DNA of 64,000 bases, from IMG/VR virus record IMGVR_UViG_3300028283_000004; one strand, 5' to 3'. This stretch comes from an uncultured virus (IMG/VR IMGVR_UViG_3300028283_000004). Its lineage: Duplodnaviria > Heunggongvirae > Uroviricota > Caudoviricetes. Every line of letters begins with the position of its first letter. Positions within the stretch are counted from its first letter, which is position 1. The notes beneath the pieces were generated by a model, which saw nothing but the letters and a program-made list of their open reading frames with translations, had not been told where the DNA came from and searched no databases. Made by a program: the position numbers and the translations under genes. This document shows, piece after piece, positions 16,498-27,766 of this stretch.

Positions 16498-18570
16498 ATG
16501 AGACGATATTTATCTGATGAAGAAAAAGAAGCCGAAAAAATAAAAGAATTCGAAGACTTAGTACCCGAACATACCCCCGCAATACCTCTCGACCTTCAAA
16601 GAGAAAAGGAAAAAGAAACAGCCAGAAAAAAAGCAGATGAACTAAGAAAGAAAACGGGAAAGGTTGAAGCATACGTTTATACGAAAAACGGTGTAACTAA
16701 AAAAGCAAGTGACTTAACAATACCAGAACAAGAATTTGAATATATCCATTGTGCAACAGACCCAATATATTTTATTGAAACATATCTAACCGTTTTTGAC
16801 CAAACACATGGCACGGCAGGTCAAATTGTTCCATTTAGATTATTTGACTTTCAGAAAGACTTGATTAATACGTATTTGGAAAATAGATTTATTATAGCAA
16901 ATAAATATAGACAGGCGGGAGTCTCAACAACAACTTGTGCATATATCGCATGGTATATAATGTTTAACGCAAATAGACAAGTCGCAATCATTGCAGATAA
17001 ATTAGAAACAGCACGTGATGAAATTATGAGCGATGTGGTTTTATTTATTGATTGCTGTCCAGCGTGGTTGAGACCTAAAACTGGTAGAGAAAGTAACGAA
17101 AAATTCAAAGACACCCAAAAATTAAAAATTTATGATAACAATTCAAGATTAGGTGCATTTTCCGCAAAAGGTGGTCTTCGTGGTATGACACCGACTTTGA
17201 TTTTTTGGGATGAAACTGCGTGGACAGAAAAGGGAGATAAATTTTGGACTGCCGCTAAACCAACGTTGGGTACTGGTGGTGGTGCTATTATGGTTTCAAC
17301 ACCATCTGGTCTCGATGCAGTTTTTTATAAGCATTTTGACGGTGCACGCAAAAAAGAAAATAGTTTTGTTGCCGTTGAGTTATGGTGGTATAATGACCCC
17401 AGATATAACAAAGACTTGTGTTGGATAAAGAATAAGAGTAAACAAAATGAAATAAGATTTCAAGACGAAAATTGGGATAAAGAGAGAAGGATTCAATTAA
17501 TGGATGATGGTTGGGAAGCAAGTTCACCTTGGTTTGAAGAACAAGTAAGAGATTCAAATGGGGATATGCGTAAGATAGCTCAAGAGTTATTATGCAGTTT
17601 TTTGGGGTCAGGTGATAATTTCATTGCTGAAGAATATTTAAAAAGGGTTCAAGAAGAAGAAATTAAAACACCAATTCGTCAAGAATACATGGATAATAAT
17701 ATGTGGATTTGGGAAGACCCATTAGCTGGTGAAGACTATATCATGGCAATTGATGCGTCTTCAGGACATGGTGAAGATAACTCAACAATTAACATATTAA
17801 AAACAATTGAGATTATTGAAGAAAGAGTAATTAAAAAGGGTGACAAAATAAAAAAGGTTAAAATCAAAAGACATAAAGTTGAACAAGTTGCCGAATATTA
17901 CGGAAAAGTAACACCACAAATGCTTTCTGAAATTGCATATCAATATGGAAAAAGATATAATGATGCATATTGTGTTGTTGATATCACAGGTGGACTTGGT
18001 ATACAAACTATTGAGAAATTACTTGAAACTGGATACGAAAGTGTTCATTATGCAGAAGTAACCCACAAACCATCAAGAGATAGGCTTCAGGGATATGTAA
18101 AAAAAGGTCATAAAACAATGGGTGATGGTGCTACAATGATCGTGGATTTGATACCCGGTTTCTTTATCGGTAACAATCGTGCTTCCGTCCTTCTTGAATT
18201 GCAAAGAGCTGTTCACTTGGGAGATGTAATTATTAGATCGATTAGGCTATTGAATGAGCTAAAAACGTTCGTTACAATTGCTGGAAATCGAGTGGCTGAC
18301 CATAAAAGATCATTCCACGATGATTCAATTATGGGTCTCTCAATTGGCTTGTATGTTCTTAATTTTGATATGGCTAGGTTTAAGCAAAGCAAAGGCATTT
18401 CAGAAAAATTAATTAATGCACTTTTAACAAATAATGACATAAAAGAAATGGAAAGAAATGGTGCACCCAAAAATAAACCGATGATGTCACCAAGCAACTC
18501 ATCTAATTTAAACCCATATATTGTAAATGCATGGTTATTTAATGGTTTGGGAAAGAAAAATGGAATTTAG
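16498..18570 (+). CDS. terL: terminase large subunit (T4 gp17-like)
   Basis: KYRQAGVST Walker A variant, IFWDETAW Walker B, MVSTPSG, MAIDASSG and HDDSIM nuclease motifs. Confidence 0.95.
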   Translation: MRRYLSDEEKEAEKIKEFEDLVPEHTPAIPLDLQREKEKETARKKADELRKKTGKVEAYVYTKNGVTKKASDLTIPEQEFEYIHCATDPIYFIETYLTVFDQTHGTAGQIVPFRLFDFQKDLINTYLENRFIIANKYRQAGVSTTTCAYIAWYIMFNANRQVAIIADKLETARDEIMSDVVLFIDCCPAWLRPKTGRESNEKFKDTQKLKIYDNNSRLGAFSAKGGLRGMTPTLIFWDETAWTEKGDKFWTAAKPTLGTGGGAIMVSTPSGLDAVFYKHFDGARKKENSFVAVELWWYNDPRYNKDLCWIKNKSKQNEIRFQDENWDKERRIQLMDDGWEASSPWFEEQVRDSNGDMRKIAQELLCSFLGSGDNFIAEEYLKRVQEEEIKTPIRQEYMDNNMWIWEDPLAGEDYIMAIDASSGHGEDNSTINILKTIEIIEERVIKKGDKIKKVKIKRHKVEQVAEYYGKVTPQMLSEIAYQYGKRYNDAYCVVDITGGLGIQTIEKLLETGYESVHYAEVTHKPSRDRLQGYVKKGHKTMGDGATMIVDLIPGFFIGNNRASVLLELQRAVHLGDVIIRSIRLLNELKTFVTIAGNRVADHKRSFHDDSIMGLSIGLYVLNFDMARFKQSKGISEKLINALLTNNDIKEMERNGAPKNKPMMSPSNSSNLNPYIVNAWLFNGLGKKNGI

Positions 18571-18642
18571 AATGTATTTATATTTAAAACATACTTTTCA
18601 AAAAAATTTCAGTATTTATAATAAATTATAATATTTTATAAA

Positions 18643-20664
18643 ATGGCAGAGCAAGGAAAAAAGGGAACAATATACCAAGAATTAAACGCAATTTTAAATC
18701 TTGATGGATTTGGCTTTCAAGATCAAACACAAGCAGTTAATTCAACCATACCAACCAAAGAAACTAAGGTTATTATTAAAGGTAATAGTCCAGAGGAAAT
18801 CCAAAGAAAGGGGTTAGAATTACAGCAAAAGAAAGAACTTCAAAGTAAATTCTTTAGAACTACTGACAGAGGATTTCAAAAAGCATTACAGTATGAGGCA
18901 GCAAGACTACCTGCATATATAGATTATGAAGGAATGGAATATTATCCAATCATTTCAAGTGCGTTGGATTTATATATGGAGGAAGCTACTACTATTGGTG
19001 TTGACGGTAAAATGTTGAATATTTATTCCAATAAGGAAAGAATAAAATTATTATTGGAAGAATTTTTTTATGATATTATTAATGTGAATGTCAATCTTCC
19101 TTTTTGGGTAAGAAACCTAGTGAAATATGGGGATAATTTTATACTTTTATATGGTGAGAACAAGAAAGGCATTTCACACGTAAAGCAAATGGTTAATTAT
19201 GAGATAGAAAGATTTGAAAGAATTCAAAACGGAAAACCAAGCGTTAGATTTAAAGAAAGAATGACGGGTGACGAATTCAATACTTTTGAAATTGCGCATT
19301 TTAGATTATTGGGAGATGATAAATATTTGCCATATGGCTCATCAATTTTAAATAAAGTTAGAAGAGTATTTCGTCAATTAGTTATGGCAGAAGATGCGAT
19401 GTTAACATATCGTATTATTCGTGCTGGAGAAAAGAAAGTGTTTAAAATTGATGTCGGAAACATTGACGAGGATGATATTGAAGATTATATTTATAAAGTA
19501 GCAACCAAATTTAAAAAAGTTGCACAAGTTTCTCCAAATGACGGTCAAATAGATTATCGTTTCAATATATTGGGGAATGACGAAGATTATTTCCTACCAA
19601 TGAGGAATTCGAACTCACAAACAGGTATTGATACATTAGAAGGTGCTAGCAATCTAGATGCCATAGCCGATATAGAATACTTGAGAGATAATTTATTCAT
19701 CGGGCTTGGTGTCCCAAAACCATTTCTTTCATTTCAAGATGCAGCTGGTGCAGGTAAGAATATGGCACAATACGACATACGTTTTGCAAAGAAAGTAAAT
19801 CGTATTCAACAATCAATCATTCAGGAACTTAATAAAATGGCAATGATCCATTTATATTTATTGGGTTACACTGGTGAAGATTTAAATAATTTTCAACTAA
19901 CATTAACAAATCCATCAGTACAACAAGAATTATTAAAATCCGAATTGTTGCGTGATAAAGCACAAACATATACAGAATTAACTCGTGGAGAAGCGGGTAT
20001 AGCAGCAATGTCACATACAAATGCAAAACGTTTAATTTTCAATATGAGTGACAGACAAATTGTCGAAGACTTGAAACAACAGAAAATGGAAAAAGTTATC
20101 ATGCAAGAACTTGTTGATGCACCCGTACAAATTAAGAAAACTGGTTTATTCGCAGATATTGATAAGAGATTTGCTGAACCAGAAGGTGGAATTATTGGTG
20201 CACCTTCAGGTGGAACAGAAGCTGGTGGTTTACCACCAATGGGTGGTGGAGGATTACCACCAGCGGGCGGTGAAATGGGTGGTTTACCACCAGCAGGTGG
20301 AGGAGGACTACCACCAGCACCAGCGGGTGGCGAAATGGGTGGTTTACCACCAGCGGGCGGTGAAATGGGTGGATTACCACCTGTTGCCGAAGGTAAGTTG
20401 AGTGAAATAGAGTTTACAAAGCATATTGAGAGAACTGTTTTTGGAAATAGTATTGAGCCAGAACATAAGAAATCGATTAAAAATAAAAAAATCATAAATG
20501 AGAATAATGAAACTAATAACAAGTTAAATAACAATGCCCAAAAAATGATTAATGAAATTGATATTTTATTAAAAAATTCCACAAGTATTAATACAAAACA
20601 AAAACAAAGTATTGCAGAAGATATTAATTTTGAGGATATTGAAGATATTGATTTAACCGAATAA
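18643..20664 (+). CDS. portal protein (T4 gp20-like) with Gly/Pro-rich C-terminal extension
   Basis: MAEDAMLTYRIIRAGEKKVFKIDVGN, EDYFLP, IDTLEGASNL, DIRFAK motifs. Confidence 0.95.
   Translation: MAEQGKKGTIYQELNAILNLDGFGFQDQTQAVNSTIPTKETKVIIKGNSPEEIQRKGLELQQKKELQSKFFRTTDRGFQKALQYEAARLPAYIDYEGMEYYPIISSALDLYMEEATTIGVDGKMLNIYSNKERIKLLLEEFFYDIINVNVNLPFWVRNLVKYGDNFILLYGENKKGISHVKQMVNYEIERFERIQNGKPSVRFKERMTGDEFNTFEIAHFRLLGDDKYLPYGSSILNKVRRVFRQLVMAEDAMLTYRIIRAGEKKVFKIDVGNIDEDDIEDYIYKVATKFKKVAQVSPNDGQIDYRFNILGNDEDYFLPMRNSNSQTGIDTLEGASNLDAIADIEYLRDNLFIGLGVPKPFLSFQDAAGAGKNMAQYDIRFAKKVNRIQQSIIQELNKMAMIHLYLLGYTGEDLNNFQLTLTNPSVQQELLKSELLRDKAQTYTELTRGEAGIAAMSHTNAKRLIFNMSDRQIVEDLKQQKMEKVIMQELVDAPVQIKKTGLFADIDKRFAEPEGGIIGAPSGGTEAGGLPPMGGGGLPPAGGEMGGLPPAGGGGLPPAPAGGEMGGLPPAGGEMGGLPPVAEGKLSEIEFTKHIERTVFGNSIEPEHKKSIKNKKIINENNETNNKLNNNAQKMINEIDILLKNSTSINTKQKQSIAEDINFEDIEDIDLTE
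20224..20382 (+). repeat. coding repeats GGLPP(AGGEM) in portal tail
   Basis: ggtggtttaccacca unit and variants, six copies. Confidence 0.8.
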
Positions 20665-20745
20665 TTTAAGTATTTCACTAATATATAAAATATAATAAAC
20701 ATTTACAATTAAATATAGTATTTATAATAAATCAAATTAAGTCAT

Positions 20746-21525
20746 ATGAAAAATATCAACTTAGGAATTGTTAATTTCATGATTTCAAATAAATTGAAAG
20801 ATTCTTATTTTAACAACAGCTTGATTGAGGAGTCAAGAAAACTAACTTCCAATTTTATTGATGTTATTAAAAATTCTCCAATATTGCAATTGGAATTCAG
20901 GGTGTTTAACAATATTGAAAACAAGCATATTGAAAACGATGTGACTGCAACTCGTTATATCGATCAAAACATTAAGTTATTTGAGATATATACGATTCAA
21001 GAAATTAATGAAGAGCGTAAAAAACTAAACCCATTTATTTTTGAGGTGAATATCTCAAATGATGATAGTAAAATATTGTTATACAATGCTATAGATAATT
21101 TGATTAAAGAATCTCTTAAAGATTATGTTGATGTAGATGTTGATTGTATTCATGAATCATTCACAACTGTTTTGAATCATATTAAAGAGCCAAAAAAGAT
21201 ATTGGTTGAAAATGTTGAGGTTCAGGAAATAAATGAAAACATTATTGAAATTGCTGTAAATAAATTCAATCAAAAATATGAGTCATTAAATGAAGACGAT
21301 AGAAATCTATTTCAAAAATTAATTACTTATAACGATAAAGAAAAAGAAGAACTTTTGGAATACTATAAAGATGAAAATCTATTAATTTTAGAAAAAGTAA
21401 ATAAAGACAGTGTTAAAGATAATATCTTAAAAGCAATTCAAAAAATAAAGGAAACTAAATATAATAAGTCTAGCGTGAATGATGATATAATAGGTTTATA
21501 TGAGTTAAAAAAAGAGCTACTTTAA
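20746..21525 (+). CDS. hypothetical protein downstream of portal
   Basis: 259 aa ORF with GTATTTAT motif upstream. Confidence 0.75.
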   Translation: MKNINLGIVNFMISNKLKDSYFNNSLIEESRKLTSNFIDVIKNSPILQLEFRVFNNIENKHIENDVTATRYIDQNIKLFEIYTIQEINEERKKLNPFIFEVNISNDDSKILLYNAIDNLIKESLKDYVDVDVDCIHESFTTVLNHIKEPKKILVENVEVQEINENIIEIAVNKFNQKYESLNEDDRNLFQKLITYNDKEKEELLEYYKDENLLILEKVNKDSVKDNILKAIQKIKETKYNKSSVNDDIIGLYELKKELL

Positions 21526-21539
21526 GTAGCTCTTTTTTT
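21507..21539. terminator. bidirectional intrinsic terminator
   Basis: aaaaaaagagctac-ttta-agtagctctttttt between convergent genes. Confidence 0.85.
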
Positions 21540-22398
21540 AACCATCCCCCCTATTTTTTGTTTCTTTAATATCAGCTTCGAAGTTGTTAAATGGTTTATC
21601 CATTCCCAAATCATATCCAAAATAATAACCCTTTAAATTTGAATTATTTTTATTTCCCAGCATATTAAATATTTTGTAAACATAATCGACACCCTCACTC
21701 TCATAGCCAACAATATCACCCTTTTCCCCTCTAAATAAACTAGCAGCAGTAATAGAGTCGGTATATGCAGGTCTAATGAACCCCGGTCCTCGACTATACC
21801 CGAATAATGCATTACTTGTTAATGAACTGTGCTTATTTGCAATACTTTTCATATATACAAATTGTGCTTTAATCATAATTTCGGGATTGTCTATAATATT
21901 TTGGTGCATTGTTGCTCTATTTAACTTTCCCTCTGGGAATGCTACTTTGTAAGCATTAATACTATTTAGATTGCCAGTAAGCCCCTTAGTAATAGCTGCC
22001 TTTTCTTCGGAAGTAAACGAAGAACTACCATTTAATATAATATCAAATACTGTAGTACTTAAAAATTGACTAATACCCGATGCTGTACTTGTTTTGGCAT
22101 AATTCCATATAATATATGCCGATTCTTGATATGCTTGTGCTGCAAGAACATTTGCATCCATTTGGTAAGTTTGACCGAATTTATCATACCAACCAATCAG
22201 AGCTTCGGCTAATTCCCCATTTGTGGTGATTAATTTACCATTATATTTTGAATTTGACACCCATTCTTTGTCAGGTAAAGTTTTTGGTTCACAATAGGGT
22301 AATACATAACTATTCTTACCCCTAATTTTCGAAGTACTACTGTCACAAGCTTTTTTAATAAAATTTTTACCATCAACAGTTAATTTTACATATCCCAT
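21538..22398 (-). CDS. lytic transglycosylase (SLT-like), probably tail-associated
   Basis: LAAQAYQES catalytic Glu, ASGISQF, ALFGYSRG; true start ATG 22398 (MGYVKL), 1 nt after the upstream stop. Confidence 0.8.
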   Translation of the reverse strand: MGYVKLTVDGKNFIKKACDSSTSKIRGKNSYVLPYCEPKTLPDKEWVSNSKYNGKLITTNGELAEALIGWYDKFGQTYQMDANVLAAQAYQESAYIIWNYAKTSTASGISQFLSTTVFDIILNGSSSFTSEEKAAITKGLTGNLNSINAYKVAFPEGKLNRATMHQNIIDNPEIMIKAQFVYMKSIANKHSSLTSNALFGYSRGPGFIRPAYTDSITAASLFRGEKGDIVGYESEGVDYVYKIFNMLGNKNNSNLKGYYFGYDLGMDKPFNNFEADIKETKNRGDG

Positions 22399-22399
22399 A

Positions 22400-25300
22400 T
22401 TATTGAATTTTAAATGTATACATTGAATTATATTTAGCCTTATTAGCATTACTAACAGTGCCTTTGCCAGCAGTAACACCACCACTAAGTTGACCAGCAG
22501 ATGCACCACCAATTGTTGAGGTGTCGTTTGAGTCCCCACCATCATACCCAATGATTGCAGAAGGACTTAATACTCTAGGTACAGGAAACTTAAGAATTTT
22601 TGTTCCAGAAAATGATGTCATCATTTTATTTGGCTCAATTGTATGTTCAACAGATAATATTAAATATGCCCCGTTAAACATTGGTATATTATCCAATTGA
22701 AAATATTGTGTTGGTTGAATCATAACGTTTCCAAAACCAGTTATTGTTGCCTTATATGCTCTATTTTCATATACATTATATAAGTTTTGCCCTTTTGGTA
22801 TTGGCGCATTTAACTTATTATCACCAGCCAATTTCGAAAGAATTTTTAGTGATTCATTGGTTTCTGGAAACTCTTTACTATCTATCTTTATGTCAGTAAA
22901 CATTGATTGATTTTGTTCACCAAATCTTACTCTAAATGCTCGAACTTGTCTATAAAAATTGAATCCACTGCCTTCAACCTGATTATCATCACTTGCTACT
23001 GGCATTTCTGGTTTTGTGTTGAAGTCTGAAACATCCGTAGTTCCAATATTTTCAATACCATCTTCTTTAAACCCATTATTAATGTTGCTAGGATAACTTG
23101 ATGTACCACCAACGTACATGCATATATATGCTGGTGTTTGTTCAATACCACCATTTGGGTCTATTCTAAAGCAATCTTCCCACGATTTCAAGTCATCTGT
23201 TCTCATAAAATTTTGAATAGGAAAAAACACAAACCCATTTTCGGATATTATTCTAGATAATACAGTGAAAATTGAGATTGTAGTATCTTCAGCCAATTCA
23301 ATCAGTGATTCAGCATTTATTATTGTATCACCAATAGGATTCATTGCTCTATCAACAAATGCAAATAAATCAATCAGATTTTTACCGTTTTTTGCAAATG
23401 GGTAGCCTTTACTAGATTTTGAATCTGGGTTACATAGCCACTTATCATTAATATTTTTAAACGAATAATACGTCTGATTTATAATATCCTCATCCCCAGT
23501 TAATTTTTTATTTTCTTCTTCAGCTTCTTTAGTTTCTTTTTGTTTTGCACCTATTAATTCAACAACCTTGGGGAAAAATATTTTAAAATATTTGTCATTT
23601 ATGGTTTTAATATTTTCATTATTACCAGTTTTTTTGGCTGCCAAATCATTTATTGTTTTTAGTGACACATATGCTAAGGGTGTTGTTATATTTTTAAAAG
23701 TATTTTGACTATAACAAAGAATATTTGTTTCACTAATCAATGGTTGTAGTACTGGCTGGAAAAATGTCCCACCCTTATCTTCTTTTGATGTTGGGTTTAA
23801 TAATATTTTATATGAATCGATCTTAGTTTTTCCAGCTGTAACCATTATTTTAACCTCTTCATATAATTTAATTAGTTGCGGATGGACATCATTTTTGTAT
23901 ATATTATCAAAAAATGAATCATATGCATTTTTAAACACTTCTTTATCTTTAATTGAGAGATAATTATTAACATCGTGAATATCGGCAAAAACAAATAAAC
24001 CTGCACTATCTAAACCCTTTCCAGAGCCTGTAAGATAAAAATCTTTTAACTGATTTATAAAATCATCGCTTGCATCGACAAGTGCACCAATATATGCAGG
24101 GAGATATTTGGGAACACCAATTGCTGCTGGGTTTTGAAAAATAACTTCGTTTAAATTTTTTGGGACAATATTAAATGGACTTAATGTAAATCCAAAATTA
24201 GATAAAAATAATAGTGCACCTAATTTTGATGTTGATGCATCAATAGGATAACCAGATATTAATGAATCATTAAATAACGCATCATCATTATTATTTTTCG
24301 ATAATTGGTCTGCCCATACATCACATACATTATTAAAAAAGTCCAAACTATTTGCAAACGAATAAATATTTCCCCCAATTTTGGAAATGTCCGAATTACC
24401 ATTATTAAGTAATAAATTAATTGATTCTTTTGTAGAATGATAACCACCGCTTTGAATAACTATTTTATCGGGAGGACCTTGTGCTCTTTTAATTAATAAT
24501 GTGGGTGCAATATATCTTGTATCAAGATTAACATTATTATATTTAACAACTTTGTCATTAACCACTTTATTGTCATTAACACAATCATCTATAATATATA
24601 ATACATTTTCATTTGAAAATACGTATGATGCTTCTGGTAAAGTGCTTTTAAATATTCTACTAAACCAAGAACCCTTTACACCACTAGCAAACTTATCAAT
24701 GGGTTTTGTACCATCATCCGTTGGTATTTGTTTTTGAATATCGGCATTATAAATCATTGAGCCAGAATAATTTGGATGGTTTTTGTCAACATACGCATTG
24801 TTAATTACAAATTTACTATCATTTGGGAAGCCATATACATCGCTAAATTCAGCAGTATCCAAATCAGCATAAAATTGATCAACGGATTTGTTGGCATATT
24901 TTGACATAAATTCTTTCACAACGGAAGCATAATTTGTTTGGGTTATTGACGTAGCTAGGTTAGTGGCTTCGGCATTTGCATATAATTCTACATATGTTTG
25001 ACTTGCATCACTATTACCATAAAATTTCTCAGGAAGTGAACTTTGTGTAAGCACATAGAATCTATCTAAAATAATTTTAAGAATTTGTGTTATTCTCTTA
25101 TCAGGATTAAGATTAATTGATTGTTGTCCACCGCCAGTACTAGTATCAATACCAGCATATGGACTCGAAACATTACTACTTGATAACTTAGAATCTAATG
25201 GTGATATTGGAAACCATTTATTTGTACCGTCAGCATCTTGCTCAGATTTCATGTTAGCAAGTGCATTTACGTTTCTTTGAGTTGTGAAAGTTTCAATAAA

Positions 25301-27022
25301 TTTATTAACCAAAATACTTTCGGGAAATGGTGTGGGTAATAATTGATTCAATCTGGTGGGTGCTACTCTTTCTTCTCGAAGACCACCAGTTATTTGTTTT
25401 TTGTCAATTATCAATGGAAAAGAATATATTCTCTCATCAGGTTTATTACCAGAATCATTCATTTGGCTTCCAGCAATTATTCCCCTATTGGCACTATCAT
25501 TATGATGCCCCTCTGCATCAAATGATGTTGATCTTAATTTATTGAAAACAGTATCAACATCATTCAATAGAATTTTAAATATATTATAGATTGTTGGTCT
25601 CATACCAAGCTCACTTAAAAACATACTATTAATTTTAGTGTTAATTGTTGAGCTAAGTTCAGTTTTATTTTTATTTAATTCAATTTGTTGCCTATATAGT
25701 TTCAAATAAAAAACTGTGACATCAATTGCAATATATTTTGAAGTTACTTCAGTATCACTACGATTGTCTTTAATATTATAGTTGTTATTAAAAACAATTG
25801 GTTGTGAAACATCGGTATCAACAAATTGAATTGTCCCAGCAGCATCTTTTGCCCTTTTTAACAATAACGCTCTGTATGTTTTTAATATCTTATTTATTTC
25901 CGTTGAATCATTGGATACAAGTGGTGCTCTATTCACACCAATCATAAATCCAATATATAGCCTATCATTAATTTTTGAAGGCACGGTATTTGTTGAGAGT
26001 AATTCTATTCGAGAATCATAATCAGATAATTTTGTCAACTGAGTTATAACCGATTGTGCGTTTATTTCGGTTGGTGGATAATTTAAAACATTTGATATAA
26101 TTAGAGTGGATGTTTGGTTTGCACTATATGCGTTTTCAGATAGAGACACATCATTAACAAAAATGTATGGAGTACCCTTTGTACCTAAATCACTTTTAAA
26201 ATTACCCAAAATTCCCAATATAGAAGCATTTTGACCAATTTTAGCTAGGGTACTGTCATATTGTTTGGTAATATCATCTGTTTTTAATTTATTATTTATT
26301 GCTGAATATAAGTTTTTAAACTTTAATATTAATTCATTGGTATTTCTTGGTGGTAAATTAGGGTCTGGTGTTAATGTAGTACCAGCATCTATCAATGGGA
26401 AGTTAATTGAGTACCTGAATAATATATCGCTCAATGGTGCATATGTTATTGCAACAAATTGGGCATCGATTATAAAATTACCATTATCTGCTTTAAATTC
26501 TGTTGTATATTTAACCAAATGTAATTCATAATTCAAAGTCTTTCCATAAAATCCCTTAATTTTTAAATTAAAAATTGGTGGTGGAAAATCAAACAATACT
26601 CTATATGGTGAATTTTTTTGATTAAAAAACGATAGTCCCCTAATGTCAACAAATTGTATATTAACTTGGGGAATAAATGATGTGTTGAGTGATGTTTTAA
26701 TACTAGTAATACCAAATCCCTCGTATTGTGTTTCATTTCCAGTACTACCATCATAATAATTCGTAGTAAAATTTAAAAAATTTGGGCTATCTGTATTTTG
26801 ATTTATACCCAAAAAATTAACATTTAGAGTATTCTCCAATCCAGTTTTTTCTGTTGTAAAATTATTACCCTCAGTAGAAACTATTACACTTCTTCCCTTT
26901 CTTTTTGCAGTTAATTCTGCGAATATATGCATATCCTGATATTGAGGTATTGCATTGATTAGGTTATTATTTATGTTAACACTATTAGGGTCTTCGATGT
27001 ACACAACATTATTGGTAGCCAT
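22400..27022 (-). CDS. large baseplate hub/tail protein
   Basis: 1540 aa; C-terminal YKATITGFGNVMIQPTQYFQL...GAYLILSVEHTI resembles gp27/late-control-D folds; precedes a transglycosylase. Confidence 0.65.
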   Translation of the reverse strand: MATNNVVYIEDPNSVNINNNLINAIPQYQDMHIFAELTAKRKGRSVIVSTEGNNFTTEKTGLENTLNVNFLGINQNTDSPNFLNFTTNYYDGSTGNETQYEGFGITSIKTSLNTSFIPQVNIQFVDIRGLSFFNQKNSPYRVLFDFPPPIFNLKIKGFYGKTLNYELHLVKYTTEFKADNGNFIIDAQFVAITYAPLSDILFRYSINFPLIDAGTTLTPDPNLPPRNTNELILKFKNLYSAINNKLKTDDITKQYDSTLAKIGQNASILGILGNFKSDLGTKGTPYIFVNDVSLSENAYSANQTSTLIISNVLNYPPTEINAQSVITQLTKLSDYDSRIELLSTNTVPSKINDRLYIGFMIGVNRAPLVSNDSTEINKILKTYRALLLKRAKDAAGTIQFVDTDVSQPIVFNNNYNIKDNRSDTEVTSKYIAIDVTVFYLKLYRQQIELNKNKTELSSTINTKINSMFLSELGMRPTIYNIFKILLNDVDTVFNKLRSTSFDAEGHHNDSANRGIIAGSQMNDSGNKPDERIYSFPLIIDKKQITGGLREERVAPTRLNQLLPTPFPESILVNKFIETFTTQRNVNALANMKSEQDADGTNKWFPISPLDSKLSSSNVSSPYAGIDTSTGGGQQSINLNPDKRITQILKIILDRFYVLTQSSLPEKFYGNSDASQTYVELYANAEATNLATSITQTNYASVVKEFMSKYANKSVDQFYADLDTAEFSDVYGFPNDSKFVINNAYVDKNHPNYSGSMIYNADIQKQIPTDDGTKPIDKFASGVKGSWFSRIFKSTLPEASYVFSNENVLYIIDDCVNDNKVVNDKVVKYNNVNLDTRYIAPTLLIKRAQGPPDKIVIQSGGYHSTKESINLLLNNGNSDISKIGGNIYSFANSLDFFNNVCDVWADQLSKNNNDDALFNDSLISGYPIDASTSKLGALLFLSNFGFTLSPFNIVPKNLNEVIFQNPAAIGVPKYLPAYIGALVDASDDFINQLKDFYLTGSGKGLDSAGLFVFADIHDVNNYLSIKDKEVFKNAYDSFFDNIYKNDVHPQLIKLYEEVKIMVTAGKTKIDSYKILLNPTSKEDKGGTFFQPVLQPLISETNILCYSQNTFKNITTPLAYVSLKTINDLAAKKTGNNENIKTINDKYFKIFFPKVVELIGAKQKETKEAEEENKKLTGDEDIINQTYYSFKNINDKWLCNPDSKSSKGYPFAKNGKNLIDLFAFVDRAMNPIGDTIINAESLIELAEDTTISIFTVLSRIISENGFVFFPIQNFMRTDDLKSWEDCFRIDPNGGIEQTPAYICMYVGGTSSYPSNINNGFKEDGIENIGTTDVSDFNTKPEMPVASDDNQVEGSGFNFYRQVRAFRVRFGEQNQSMFTDIKIDSKEFPETNESLKILSKLAGDNKLNAPIPKGQNLYNVYENRAYKATITGFGNVMIQPTQYFQLDNIPMFNGAYLILSVEHTIEPNKMMTSFSGTKILKFPVPRVLSPSAIIGYDGGDSNDTSTIGGASAGQLSGGVTAGKGTVSNANKAKYNSMYTFKIQ

Positions 27023-27153
27023 TTTATTGATTTTTTAATATAAATACAATATAACAGAAAATATGAAATTTGCAAGGATATTTGAGAAAATCAGACTATT
27101 TATTAAAAAAGAAAATAACAACATTTTTAGAACTATTCCCCTTTAAAAATATA

Positions 27154-27576
27154 ATGACACTATTACAAATCGCTAATCAGAATTATCAAACATCACAAAT
27201 GAATTATCATACAGTGCTTTTATATTTTATTTTTGGCTTATTAATTTCGAGTATAATCTTGTTGTTATGGCAAGTAAATAAAAAAATAATAGAAAATAAA
27301 TTATTAGGGCTTAAGCATGTTGCCGAAATAAGTATTATACGAAAAGATCACAGTGAAGCACTTGAGAAAATAAGAATAGAGATGCTTAAACGTGAAGAAG
27401 ATAAAAGTCGTCAATGGATTGAATCTGAAAAGGAAACGTTACATATATTGGGTGGTGTTTCTACGTTATTAGACTTAAGTGATAAATTTGGTAGAATTGA
27501 GTCAGAAAAAATTATGATGATGCTTGAGCAAATTCAAGATAAGATCGAAAAAATAATTAAAGCCGAAGAAACTTAA
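27154..27576 (+). CDS. membrane-anchored coiled-coil protein (holin-like?)
   Basis: One TM segment VLLYFIFGLLISSIILLLW followed by a coiled coil; start uncertain. Confidence 0.5.
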   Translation: MTLLQIANQNYQTSQMNYHTVLLYFIFGLLISSIILLLWQVNKKIIENKLLGLKHVAEISIIRKDHSEALEKIRIEMLKREEDKSRQWIESEKETLHILGGVSTLLDLSDKFGRIESEKIMMMLEQIQDKIEKIIKAEET

Positions 27577-27580
27577 AACC

Positions 27581-27727
27581 ATGTCAAAAAAATTAGAAAA
27601 ACTCAAGGAAATAAATATATTAATTAGTAATATTTTATGTGATTTGGAGATCAAACTATTCATTGAAGGCGATAACACTAAAAATAAAAAAATAAAAAAA
27701 GATCGTGTTAATCCGTTGTGTGGATAA
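27581..27727 (+). CDS. small hypothetical protein (48 aa)
   Basis: MSKKLEKLKEINILISNILCDLE...; fills the gap between genes. Confidence 0.45.
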   Translation: MSKKLEKLKEINILISNILCDLEIKLFIEGDNTKNKKIKKDRVNPLCG

Positions 27728-27766
27728 AATGATAAACAATACTATTTATATAGAAAGAAATTTAAT

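Noticed and set aside
16498..18570. Intein or intron in terminase, capsid or thyA
   Set aside because: No intein splice motifs or reading-frame breaks; lengths are explained by short insertions.
19893..20702. 269-aa minus-strand ORF and other shadow ORFs over structural genes
   Set aside because: Antisense by-products of codon bias and repeats in well-supported genes.
22399..22551. Extended N-terminus of the transglycosylase, or a frameshift fusion to the 1540-aa protein
   Set aside because: An ATG lies 1 nt after the upstream stop, so a simple coupled start explains it; no slippery site seen.
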